A stretch of DNA of 64,000 nt from Macrostomum lignano (taxonomy: Eukaryota), in assembly GCA_002269645.1 (NCBI GenBank), contig NIVC01000326.1, positions 186,001 through 250,000 on the forward strand, in the 5' to 3' direction. How positions within the stretch are numbered: the first letter of the stretch is position 1; each line of letters starts with the position of its first letter. A program made the position numbers and the translations under genes. Below, one piece after another: positions 39,901-52,787 of the stretch. Under the pieces are notes generated by a model. It did not search any database. It saw only the letters and a program-made list of their open reading frames with translations, and had not been told where the DNA came from.

Positions 39901-42900
39901 TGTCAGATGACCTCAAAACCTTTGATAGGGTGTCAGATGACCTCAAAACCTTGGATAGGGTGTCAGATGACCTCAGAACCTTGGATAGGGTGTCAGATGA
40001 CCTCAAAACCTTGGATAGGGTGTCAGATGACCTCAAAACCTTGGATAGGGTGTCAGACGACCTCAGAACCCTGAATAGGGTTTCAGATGACCTCAGAACC
40101 CTGGATGGGGTGTCAGATGACCTCGGAACCCTGAGGAGGGGTCAAATGACCTCCTAATTGTTTAGATCTCTAATCCAACCGAAAATAAAAACTTTCCTAA
40201 TGTACTTTTAAAAGCCTAATGTACACAGAGTTGCCGGCTTGTTGGCCCAGGAAACGCCAGTTTGACAATCCGATTAGAGAGATTAGAGGCTGCCAAGGCC
40301 GGCAGCCCGTCTTCCTACCGCATTCCTGGCCCACAGACGAAGGTAACGGGCAAACAAACAAAGCAGACAGGGGCAAATTTGGTGCGCGAATTCCCATAAC
40401 CCAGAGAGAGAGAACAAAAAGGTCAGCATCAATCTAATTTGCCACATATTTTCGCCCTACCCAGATTTCAGTCCAGCTTATTGTGGACAAAGCACCCAGT
40501 GACTATGGACACCCTGTCGCGAATGGCACCGAGCAAGCCTTCAAAATTCATCAGCTCATCAATCGCATGTCTGCATCAGCTGACTTCGGCAGCCACTGGT
40601 GTTTACCTAGGAGTAGCTTCTGGAACTTCAACAGTTAGCACCCAGTGACTAACCATAACTCTGTCGAGAGTGTTGCAGAGCAAGCCTTCGCAGTAGGAAA
40701 AGCTCAACTACGCGAAATCCTCGACAAGTAATCAGGTATCTCCCCGACACCGTCGGTACCTTCAAAAAGTGGCACCAATCGACTTTGGAGCTCTGTTTCC
40801 GAATAATGAAGCTTTTTCAAAGCCAGAAAGCATGTTGACTGAGAGGTTGAGAGGCTAATAGAGGATATCCTGCAGATGATGCATCGTTGGCTTTGAACAC
40901 ATCGTTGAATATCCCGACGGTCCGAAGGGCTGGCCACTTGATGATTCTTGTTTGAGAAGGTGCGTAAAAAGCGCTGATCAGTGTTATTGAATTTCGTGTA
41001 CCTGCGTAACTTAATAATGGATTTTTTTCGCGGATCGAATGGTCTTCATCTGGTTTCAGTTGGTATCTTTTACACTCTAGGTCGCTTTGATAGTAAATAA
41101 CGACAAGACCAACCTGGTTCGACCATAACTACAACCATAATAACCCACACACTAAAAACCACCCAGAGACCAGCTTCATCTCTATAATAATAAATCGAAG
41201 CCGGAGGCTGTGCAGTTAAGAAGAATTTACAACCCGAACCCCTGGGGGAGAGACAGTTGGCAATAAAACTGAAATTGGGCATCGCAAAGGGCGGCCAACA
41301 AGCAGAGCAGATGAAGCTGTGTAATATTCGGCTTAGTCTGCCTCTCAGTAAGGCTTCATCTTATGGAGATGACTGAACGATTGAGTGTCTTATACTTTGT
41401 TTAACGCAATCATTGTTGAGTAATGCCGCTTAATTAGGAATGGGCTTTGTCTCAGCCCAATAATGGCCAATCATGGCACTAGTACACCCAATCATGGCAC
41501 TAGTACACCCAATCATGGCACTAGTACACCCAATCATAGCACTAGTACACCCAATCATGGCACTAGTACACCCAGTCATGGCACTAGTACACCCAATCAT
41601 AGCACTAGTACACCCAATCATAGCACTAGTACACCCAATCATGGCACTAGTACACCCAATCATGGCACTAGTACACCCAATCATAGCACTAGTACACCCA
41701 ATCATGGCACTAGTACACCCAATCATGGCACTAGTACACCCAATCATGGCACTAGTACACCCAATCATAGCACTAGTACACCCAATCATGGCACTAGTAC
41801 ACCCAATCATAGCACTAGTACACCCAATCATGGCACTAGTACACTCAATCATGGCACTAGTACACCCAATCATAGCACTAGTACACCCAATCATGGCACT
41901 AGTACACTCAATCATGGCACTAGTACACCCAATCATAGCACTAGTACACCCAATCATGGCACTAGTACACTCAATCATGGCACTAGTACACCCAATCATG
42001 GCACTAGTACACTCAATCATGGCACTAGTACACCCAATCATAGCACTAGTACACCCAATCATGGCACTAGTACACTCAATCATGGCACTAGTACACTCAA
42101 TAATGGCACTAGTACACCCAGTCATGGCACTAGTACACTCAATCATGGCACTAGTACACTCAATCATAGCACTAGTACACCCAGTCATGGCACTAGTACA
42201 CTCAATCATGGCACTAGTACACTCAATCATAGCACTAGTACACTCAATCATGGCACTAGTACACTCAATCATGGCACTAGTTCACCCAATCATGGCACTA
42301 GTACACCCAATCATGGCACTAGTACACCCAATCATGGCACTAGTACACTCAATCATGGCACTAGTACACTCAATCATGGCACTAGTACACCCAGTCATGG
42401 CACTAGTACACTCAATCATGGCACTAGTACACTCAATCATAGCACTAGTACACCCAGTCATGGCACTAGTACACCCAATCATGGCACTAGTACACTCAAT
42501 CATGGCACTAGTACACTCAATCATGGCACTAGTACACTCAATCATGGCACTAGTACACCCAATCATGGCACTAGTACACTCAGTCATGGCACTAGTACAC
42601 TCAATCATGGCACTAGTACACCCAATCATGGCACTAGTACACCCAATCATGGCACTAGTACACCCAATCATGGCACTGGTACACCCAATCATGGCACTAG
42701 TACACTCAATCATGGCACTAGTACACCCAATCATGGCACTAGTACACCCAATCATGGCACTAGTACACTCAATCATGGCACTAGTACACTCAATCATGGC
42801 ACTAGTACACTCAATCATGGCACTGGTACACCCAATCATGGCACTGGTACACCCAATCATGGCACTGGTACACCCCAAAATGGCCCTCACCAGTGGCAGA

Positions 42901-45900
42901 GGCGGTCCCAGCCGGTCTCTGACTGGCGGCCACAGCGTGCTGCGCCAGGCCGTTAGTGAAAGACCGGGACTGCGGCAGGCCCTGAGCAGCAGGAGTTGCC
43001 ACGCTGGGCCTCTCGTACTGAGTCTTCTTGTTGATGTGGCTGCAGTCAGGAAGTGAAAGCCGAAGTTAGGCAATAAAGTACAAACTAGACGCTAAAAAAC
43101 AGTGTGTAAAATAGCAGTGCGTAATCAATTCCAAACCGATGGCCCCAGAGTCGCCTAAGTTGGCATAAAAACTCAATGAATATGTATTAGCAAGCTGACT
43201 TGTTCACGCAGACAGTCGTTGGCCCCGGGCGGAGCGCACAGGCTTATAAATACAGGTGCGAATCCGCCCCAGTGTGTGCGCAGTGGTACATCGGTAAGAA
43301 AGCATTTGTATATTGCACCGCCTTGTAGCAAATGCACGCAAAGCCGATTTAAGCAGAGGGACGGGCGATTTCGTTTCCTATAAAACATTCTGGACGGCTG
43401 GCTTTGCATGCAAATATAAAATTCTTTTTGGGGCTATCAAATTTAAATATCATTTCTATGTAAACAGTACATGCCAGCCTTTAAAATGCTTTCTAAGAAA
43501 CGACGTTTCCCAACCATCTGCTTAAGCCGTCCTTGTCATTCTTGAATTCATGTTTATTGAGTCACTGCGAGACGGACATTTAAAACCTAGCTTTAAAAAG
43601 CGTATTTTCTCAACATATCAGCAAAATTAAAAGTACATAAAAACCGAAGCGCTTAAGATTTTTGTACTCTATATTTTCCCAAAGCGAGTGGCAGATATGC
43701 TGCAACTAAAATTAATATTTCAACAAAATAGTTTTCAATAAAAACAGTAATAATATGGTTAGTTTAAAACCTACTCAATCGCAGCTGCAATTATACAAAT
43801 AATTTCTCCTCCTGTGGCCTCCGAATAGCCAGCCCAGCTTACCAAGAATTTCTTAGCGAATAATTTGACTGGTCTGGCGAGGCACTGCGGAGGTCAGGCA
43901 GTTCATGACAGCGTGTTGCTACTGGCAACAATCAACAATTACTAGAAGCTTTCAATAAAAAAGCGTGCACAATGTCCGGGACTCGAACCTAGGACTCGTG
44001 TTCTCTTATTCAGTCGAAATCCAGCAGCTCAGCTGCTCATCTTGCTGCCCCTGACACATAATTGCTGAGATGCCAAGGCCCACGGGAGGGGTTGCTGAGA
44101 TGCCAATGCCCACAGGAGGGGTTGCTGAGATGCCAATGCCCACGGGAGGGGTTGCTGAGATGCCAATGCCCACGGGAGGGGTTGCTGAGATGCCAATGCC
44201 CACGGGAGGGGTTGCTGAGATGCCAATGCGGCAATGCCCACAGGAGGGGTTGCTGAGATGCCAATGCCCACGGGAGGGGTTGCTGAGATGCCAATGCCCA
44301 CGGGAGGGGTTGCTGAGATGCCAAGGCCCACAGGAGGAATTGCTGAGATGCCAAGGCTCATGGGAGGGGTTGCTGAGATGCCAAGGCTCATGGGAGGAAT
44401 TGCTGAGATGCCAAGGCTCATGGGAGGAATTGCTGAGATGCCAAGGCTCACGGGAGGGGTTGCTGAGATGCCAAGGCCCACAGGAGGGGTTGCTGAGAAG
44501 CCAAGGCTCATGGGAGGGGTTGCTGAGATGCCAAGGCTCATGGGAGGAATTGCTGAGATGCCAAGGCTCATGGGAGGAATTGCTGAGATGCCAAGGCCCA
44601 CGGGAGGGGTTGCTGAGATGCCAAGGCCCACGGGAGGGGTTGCTGAGATGCCAAGGCCCACGGGAGGGGTTGCTGAGATGCCAAGGCCCACGGGAGGGGT
44701 TGCTGAGATGCCAAGGCCCACGGGAGGGGTTGCTGAGATGCCAAGGCCCACGGGAGGGGTTGCTGAGATGCCAAGGCTCACGGGAGGGGTTGCTGAGATG
44801 CCAGTCCGATATACTAAAATACGCATACCACATAGCCGATTCAGCCATGTAGACATAATTGCATAAGCATAAAATGCACTCATAACAAATATTAATACGC
44901 ATCCTCAGGTTTAGTGAGATAAAATGCAAACGCGTGAATATTTATTTTATCTAGACGAGCGAGCATGCCGCACACGTGACCAGAGCTCCAAACTCTGACT
45001 TATCTTATCAAGTTCAAATACTGCGACACTTTGCATAAGCCAAATAGATCTTATTCTGAACACTGGCCTCAGCCTGGGGCCCTGGGAATCAACAGCAATA
45101 ACAGTAAAATCAACAACAATAACAACACACACAGCAACAGCGAAAACAACACAAATAGTAACGGAAGGATGACTCACTCGATATAGAACACTCCGTACTT
45201 TGGGTCCACAACTTTCTCCCACCCGTCTGGCAGCACCTCGTCCTCCGCGCTGTCTCCACCACCGCCTGCGGCTCCTCCTGGCACCGAGGCCGCTTCAACA
45301 GCCTCGCTGCTGGACTGCGACCTCAGCCTGCGGATAGAACCGTCTGGCGCGGTGCCCCGCCCGCCTCCGCCGCTGCCATCCACGTCTCCGTCCAGATCGC
45401 CTCCGCGGAACAGCCCGGTGGCATCCGCGGACGGCTTGGGCGTGCCGTACCTGCGAATGGGTGAACATTACCCCCGGAGCATGAATTGATGGGTGAATAT
45501 TACCCCCGGAGCATGAATAGATAGGTGAACATTACCCCCGGAGCATGGATAGATAGGTGAACATTACCCCCGGAGCATGGATACATGGGTGAACATTACC
45601 CCCGGAGCATGAATAGATAGGTGAACATTACCCCCGGAGCATGGATAGATAGGTGAACATTACCCCCGGAGCATGGATAGATGGGTAAACATTACCCCCG
45701 GAGCATGGATAGATGGGTAAACATTACCCCCGGAGCATGGATAGATGGGTAAACATTACCCCGGAGCATGGATAGATAGGTAAACATTACCCCCGGAGCA
45801 TGGATAGATGGGTAAACATTACCCCCGGAGCATGGATAGATGGGTAAACATTACCCCCGGAGCATGGATAGATGGGTAAACATTACCCCCGGAGCATGGA

Positions 45901-46778
45901 TAGATAGGTAAACATTACCCCCGGAGCATGGATAGATGGGTAAACATTACCCCCGGAGCATGGATAGATGGGTAAACATTACCCCCGGAGCATGGATAGA
46001 TGGGTAAACATTACCCCCGGAGCATGGATAGATGGGTAAACATTACCCCCGGAGCATGGATAGATGGGTAAACATTACCCCCGGAGCATGGATAGATGGG
46101 TAAACATTACCCCCGGAGCATGGATAGATGGGTAAACATTACCCCCGGAGCATGGATAGATGGGTGAACATTACCCTGTCTATTAATCCTCGATGACTGA
46201 TCCCCACCGCACGGTACCCACCTGTTCCCCTCGTACAGCCCGCTCTCCAGCAGCTGCCCGGACCGCTCCATCTCCAGGAACTGCTCAACAGTGAGGAACT
46301 GATAGTCCACGCCATCAATCTCGTGCTCCCTCTTCTTCCTGGTGGTCACGGGCACAGTGCGCAGGTAGAGATTCTCTCTAATAGTGTTCTGCAAGGCGTA
46401 GTCCGCGCTGTCGACTTGGAATTTGGCGCCAAGAAAATCGCGCAGCTCAGTTGGCAGACAGGCGGCTGGCACAGTCTTCACCATGATTGGCGACCCGTTC
46501 CTGCTGAGCTTCTCCACCAGCTCGCGGACATCGCGCAGGGTGAAACCGCTGACTTTGTGGCCCTGGATCTCCAGCACCACGCTGTTGGGCTGCAGGCTGC
46601 CGTGCCACAGCACGCACCGCTTCTCGTCCACGCTGTTCAGCAGGCAGAACCGGCCGCTGTCCGCCCCGCCGGCCAGGTCCAGCACCAGGTGGCTGTCGGT
46701 GATCTGGGCAGACACCGTGACCTCCCGGATCTGGCTGCTCCAGTCTGCTGGCGCACCAGGCCCGCCATTTGGTTTCAT
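33911..46778 (-). CDS. MAGI: Membrane-associated guanylate kinase inverted (MAGI): PDZ0-GuK-WW-PDZ1-5, ~1098 aa, 9 coding exons
   Basis: Exons 46778-46222, 45450-45178, 43039-42891, 38506-38316, 37783-37307, 36868-36616, ~36390-35885 (acceptor uncertain), 35362-34827, 34265-33911. Motifs: YLRTVPVTTR...EIDGVDYQF...[85 protein letters not shown]. Confidence 0.93.
34290..34720. repeat. MAGI intron 8 array (GGGATGAGAGAATG-like)
   Basis: Seen directly. Confidence 0.9.
35380..35860. repeat. MAGI intron 7 23-mer array (TGGTGTGGCGCTCATGTGGCTCT)n
   Basis: Seen directly. Confidence 0.95.
36955..37285. repeat. MAGI intron 5 29-mer array (GGATTTTGCAGGGCCTAGGGGATATCRTG)n
   Basis: Seen directly. Confidence 0.95.
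37820..38215. repeat. MAGI intron 4 degenerate (ATTGGGATA)-based array
   Basis: Seen directly. Confidence 0.85.
38770..40140. repeat. MAGI intron 3 30-mer array (GATAGGGTGTCAGATGACCTCAAAACCTTG)n
   Basis: Seen directly; the same variant run recurs at ~38900 and ~39805. Confidence 0.95.
41462..42875. repeat. MAGI intron 3 21-mer array (TCATGGCACTAGTACACYCAA)n
   Basis: Seen directly. Confidence 0.97.
44065..44805. repeat. MAGI intron 2 30-mer array (TGCTGAGATGCCAAGGCCCACGGGAGGGGT)n
   Basis: Seen directly. Confidence 0.97.
45465..46175. repeat. MAGI intron 1 32-mer array (CATTACCCCCGGAGCATGGATAGATGGGTAAA)n
   Basis: Seen directly. Confidence 0.97.
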
Positions 46779-49700
46779 TGCTGGCACTCGGCTATGGCCG
46801 ACGCTCGGGTCTGATCTGTGCACTCGGTGCCCTCAATAAATCAATGCGGTTGGCCGAATTCTTCGCGCGCAGCTAAGGGCGGCGGTCGGCACTTTGATGC
46901 GTGGACATGAAAATAAAAAAAAAGTGTGCAGAAACTGTAGCAATGTAGGGTTAGTGAACTGCCATGTTTGCAACAGTAAACAGATTGATATAATAAGGGG
47001 CAATAAAGGATGTCAACTAAACCAAACTGATACAGCATTATCTACAAGCATATAGGCTGTTCAACAATGCTCAAAAGTGATAAGGGATTGATTTGTCTGT
47101 TTTTGAATTTGATTTTCGATTTTTAATTATCAGGGACAATAGACAAGGTGAAAACAATGCTAAGCTGAGTCAATTCTATAACTAAGTTGTTTTTTTAACT
47201 TATCTATACACTTACAACCTGAATTTTACATGGCCAATACAATATGGTAGTTTTCAAGAAAATGAACATATGAATGTTTGTACTTGTATTTATATCTAAA
47301 GAGCCTTTTCTAACATTACTTTGCCTTGTATACAAGTTAAATGTTTTCTTTTTATTTGTTTGGTTTTAATCACTTGTGTTAGTGTTTCTTTAAAGCATTT
47401 TTATATTTTTCTTTTTTATTTGAACTTACTTTATACTTTTTCTATTTACCTTATTAATCATTGATACCATGTTGATTTATTTAACAATATACCTACCTTG
47501 GCTACCTTGTCACCTAGATAGGTTTGGTAGGTCAGTTAAGTATTATATACTGGATGTTCCAAAAAACTTGACATATATTTTTGTTCCAAAAAGGTCAGTA
47601 TCACTACTTAAACTATAATTTTTCATTTAGTTATAAAAGATTGATCTATTTTTATTTCAGCCACCAAATTGGAAATTAGAAATACTCTAAATTGAAACTA
47701 ATGTTCTCACTTACAATAGTTAGCATACTAACTAGGCTTGCTTAATATTTTTGCTTTTATTTGTTTTAGTGCAAAATTATAGCACTTTTTATTTTCATGG
47801 TAAAAGAACATGTCTAGTTTTTTTGCAACAGGAAATATATTATATATATGATATGAATATACAAATTGTTTAGAATTATAGAAAACTATTTCAATTAAAA
47901 TATTATAAATTCTTCTAGCATATAAACAATGTATTATTACACTTATAGTTCTAAACAATTGATATCTATTTGCATCCTAAATATCTTAATTTTTTATATG
48001 ATCTTATAACTTTATAGAAATATCTAATTTGCATCTAAAAACTTGAATTGAAATGATAAACATTAAAAACTTAAGTAAATGGAACTAAAAACAATCAATA
48101 TAACATTTGTAATAAATAAAACATCTTGAAATGACCAATCAAGTATCATATAGTTAAGATGATGTATCATGTGTAAAAAACTATTCATTATTAGAACTAA
48201 GAGATAAACTGCTTATGCCTATTTAAACTTTATATGACCTATGTTTCTCTATGATATTTTTACTATTTTTTTAAAGATATTCTTTCTATCTACATAATCT
48301 ATATAATATATATACCAAAGCAAAGATAAAATATATATATTAAATTCTTAAAAAACATTATGGCTCATATTTTTGCTTGCCATTGCCTTATCAGCCAATT
48401 TTTTTGCAAAATGTTTTAAATATGTAATATATACAATCTAAGAATAATTGAATGGTAAAATGTTAGATTAGTATGTTATCAATTCGCAAAAAGTCATTTT
48501 TGTAAAAATTTGGACATTTTTCTAAGCAGAAAACATCATTAATTTTGTGTACCTTTTAAAAACAAAAGGAAAGCTTTGGAAGGTTGAAACAAACTATAGA
48601 TAAAATTATAATACTTGCATAATCAGATAAAAACATTAGCCACCATATAATCTATTATATTTTTATAATATTGGTACTTCAAAGTTAATAAATTGACAGA
48701 AAAAAAATATGTTACGACCACAACAGTTACAACTAGCACACAAACAAAGTTAGATAAGCAACTTCTCCATTAGACAATTTCTTCAATCATTAAAATATTG
48801 CACTCAAAAAGGTTCCACAGATGTTAACATCTTTTTGTAGAAGTTTCATTGTTTGGCATATACTATGTGCATAGAAATTTTTAGTTAAACTTTAAAAACC
48901 TGTTTTTCTATTTTTCTATTGTTACGACCACAGCACTTTTTTATCATGTTGTTAAATGCATTAAAAATGTATTTGCACCTATAATTTGCAAAATAATAAA
49001 GTATTATATGTTGATTGTTCTTTTAAAGTCAAACCTGACTTTCTATAATGGTATGACTTTGAGTTCTATTTCATTTCTTCTAGAATTGTTCCAACCACGC
49101 TTATATGGAATCACCCTTATAACAACATTTAATTAACACTCTTAATGGGAGCCATAGTCCAGATCATGCTGGGTGTATACCCAAACAAAACTGAATAATT
49201 TAAAACACATGCCATAAAAATTAAGTGCACACCTATTCTAAAAACTATACTAGTGTTGCAACAATAAATGACCTTTTTATTGCATAATGGAACCTTTTTG
49301 GTAAATAATGTAGTTGATTTTAATGCTTTTTTGGTAGGGCCTAATACTATTTTATAGCAAAAAATCATCCATCTAAAGATTTACAATAACTCTTCCCTTT
49401 GATTCTCTTAAGTGCATACCAAGTGTGCACAGATACTATTTTCTTAAAAATGATGCATGCCAATTGGAACTATACAAGACCTATGCACACCTAAATTTTT
49501 GGGCATAAAAGGGTCTACTATATGATCTGGGGTATAGAATGGGAGCAAATCTAGAAAACTAAGTGGGATACTATGCTAAGTATGTAAATATATAAGCTAA
49601 CTTTAATACTAATACTAGGTGTAAAGCAAATACAAATCTAGACAATTTTAAATTGGGAAGTCTATATAACTAAAGTTGACTATGTCTGTCTGTCTGTCTG

Positions 49701-50624
49701 TCTATCTGTTTGTGAAGTTCACGTTTTAGAATGAACCACAAGACCAATCTTCACAGGACTTGCACTGTTAGCTTGCAAATTTTCCGGCGGTGATGTGGCA
49801 GATTTTGCTAAAATTTCTGATAATGCAAAGGATGTTTAATTTGCAAAAAACTGCTTTTTGTTCCCGGAATTTCCGTGCTCAGTTGAAAAAAAGGCTTCCT
49901 GACTGCCAATTTGGCTGACTTGATTGAGGTTGCATTAGCAATCTAGCCTATCTCTCTAGTGTATTTCATTTAACTAGGCTGATTTGTGTGCAGAAAGGAA
50001 TGGGGGTTTGTTGGCTCACTTGGCAATGTGCAATGGTGTGTATACCCCTGGCTGCAAGGGGGCATCAAAATTTAGCTTTGGCAATGGTCGGGGAGAGAAT
50101 TTTAGTGATTGCACCATAAAATTTTGCTATCTTGGCAGTGTATTTTCCCTCCAGTGGGGGGATGGTTGCATTCTCAGTGGCGGCGTGGGTACACTTGGAC
50201 CCTAGCTAACTGGCAGATAGTGAAATTCAATGCATTAACTTGCGAGCCTTTTTAGCAGGCAGTGAACGTACACTCAATAGTTCAATGCTTTAAATCAGAA
50301 AGTTTCAAATGCTAACTGTTGCTCAATTTTTGAACTTTGAGAGGAGAGACTTATATTGCTAGAAAGATCTTGCAACGCTGAGTTCAGGGATATAAGTTGT
50401 TTGCTTTAACTGTAAAAATGAAAAGCACAGCATTCAGTTAGTATCATAGTATGTCATATGAACATTGTAGGCCGGGGGCCAATTGAAAATGGATAGCTAT
50501 GTACACTGCTGGGGCAGGGAGAGAGTTGCGCTCAAATGCAATTATCAATTGCGAGGCCTCTGGGTTTGGGGCTCAAATTTGTACACGCAAAATATATCGT
50601 ATATTTATACAATATATGGGTGCT

Positions 50625-52075
50625 ATTGTAAACTGTCTAACGGGTGCTGTTGTAAACTATCTAACAGGTGCTGTTGTAACTGTCTAACAGGTGTTGTTGT
50701 AACTGTCTAATGGGTGCTGTTGTAACTGTCTAACGGGTGCTGTTGTAACTGTCTAACAGGTGCTGTTGTAACTGTCTAACAGGTGCTGTTGTAACTGTCT
50801 AACAGGTGCTATTGTAAACTGTCTAACAGGTGCTGTTGTAACTGTCTTATGGGTGCTGTTGTAACTGTCTTATGGGTGCTGTTGTAACTGTCTAATGGGT
50901 GCTGTTGTAACTGTCTAACGGGTGCTGTTGTAACTGTCTAATAGGTGCTGTTGTAAACTGTCTAATGGGTGCTGTTGTAAACTGTCTAACGGGTACTGTT
51001 GTAAACTGTCTAATGGGTGCTATTGTAAACTGTCTAATAGGTGCTGTTGTAACTGTCTAATGGGTGCTGTTGTAACTGTCTAACAGGTGCTGTTGTAACT
51101 GTCTAACAGGTGCTGTTGTAACTGTCTAACGGGTGCTGTTGTAACTGTCTAATGGGTGCTGTTGTAACTGTCTAATGGGTGCTGTTATAAACTGTCTAAC
51201 GAGTGCTGTTGTAAACTGTCTAACGGGTGCTATTGTAAACTGTCTAATAGGTGCTATTGTAACTTTCTAACGGATGCTATTGTAAACTGTCTAACGGGTG
51301 CTGTTGTAACTGTCTAACGGGTGCTGTTGTAAACTGTCTAATGGGTGCTGTTGTAAACTGTCTAACGGGTACTATTGTAACTGTCTAACAGGTGCTGTTG
51401 TAAACTGTCTAATGGGTGCTGTTGTAACTGTCTAACGGGTGCTGTTGTAACTGTCTAATGGGTGCTGTTGTAACTGTCTAACAGGTGCTGTTGTAACTGT
51501 CTAACGGGTGCTGTTGTAACTGTCTAATGGGTGCTGTTGTAACTGTCTAATGGGTGCTGTTATAAACTGTCTAACGGGTGCTGTTGTAAACTGTCTAACG
51601 GGTGCTGTTGTAAACTGTCTAATAGGTGCTATTGTAACTTTCTAACGGATGCTGTTATAAACTGTCTAACGGGTGCTGTTGTAAACTGTCTAACGGGTAC
51701 TATTGTAACTGTCTAACAGGTGCTGTTGTAAACTGTCTAATGGGTGCTGTTGTAACTGTCTAACGGGTGCTGTTGTAACTGTCTAATGGGTGCTGTTATA
51801 AACTGTCTAATGGGTACTGTTGTAACTATCTAATGGGTGCTATTGTAAACTGTCTAATGGGTGCTGTTGTAACTGTCTAATGGGTGCTGTTGTAAACTGT
51901 CTAAGGGGTGCTGTTGTAACTGTCTAATGGGTGCTGTTGTAAACTGTCTAAGGGGTGCTGTTGTGAACTATCTAACGGGTGCTATTGTAAACTGTCTAAC
52001 AGGTGCTATTGTAAACTGTCTAATGGGTGCTGTTGTAACTGTCTAATGGGTGTTATTGTAAACTGTCTAATGGCA
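50625..52075. repeat. Intergenic 23/24-mer array (TGCTGTTGTA(A)ACTGTCTAAYRGG)n
   Basis: Seen directly. Confidence 0.97.
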
Positions 52076-52378
52076 AGAGTTACAATCAACCAATGGTGCT
52101 TTTGTTTAGAACTATAGAGTGGGTAAAATTGCTACCTGCTTTCTACTGGGTTTCTCTGCTTCAGGTGTCTGTTTTCTAGAGGGCTGTCTCTGGCTGATCT
52201 TTTTGTCTTCTCGCAGGTTGTCAAAGATCAAGAAAAGTGCTTGCTTGAAAAAATGTTTGGGACCCACAAAGTGGGTCAACCTACTAGTGCAATACTAAAG
52301 TTATATATATTTATGCAAAATTGGTAGGCCTAATATATATATATATTAATGTTCTTAGTGCACTTTGTATATAATAAC

Positions 52379-52787
52379 TAGAGGTTGGACGGGATCCCGA
52401 TCCCGATCCTGAAATCTCGGGATCCCGAAGAAAATTGAATTCCTGCGGGACTAGAATCCGGCTGAATCCCAACCCTAAAAAACTTGAGATTTAAGAACAG
52501 GTCTTTTTATTAAACATTTATAGAATTAGTGATTACTTGAAAGTATTTTGCTTTAACTTGTACTCGTTACATTATTTACTTTATTAGTTACAAAACTTCA
52601 TATCAATTTCGTTGTGTTTTACTTCTTGATCTTGACAATCTTTTCTCAATTTTGTTTAACTTTACATGGACAATACACTAAAAGACCTGATCCTGATTCT
52701 CAAATCCCAATCCTAATCCCGATCTTGAGAAAAAAATTATTCCTGATCCCGATCCCGCCTAGAGATTTCAATTCCGTCCGACCTCTA
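52379..52787. mobile_element. hAT-type MITE (409 bp) with 8-bp TSD
   Basis: TIR TAGAGGTTGGACGG / CCGTCCGACCTCTA; TSD ATAATAAC at 52371-52378 and 52788-52795; internal GATCCC subrepeats. Confidence 0.88.

Noticed and set aside
43960-44000. tRNA gene (B-box GGTTCGAGTCC on the minus strand)
   Set aside because: No A-box or cloverleaf upstream; at most a SINE or tRNA remnant.
39396-44929. Long ORFs in repeat arrays (e.g. 253, 497, 527, 307 aa)
   Set aside because: They are translations of minisatellites whose unit is a multiple of 3 or lacks stops; they are open in several frames and lie inside MAGI introns.
38770-46175. Regularly spaced 30-32-bp repeats resembling CRISPR arrays
   Set aside because: Units are head-to-tail with no unique spacers, lie in introns of a eukaryotic gene, and no cas genes are present.
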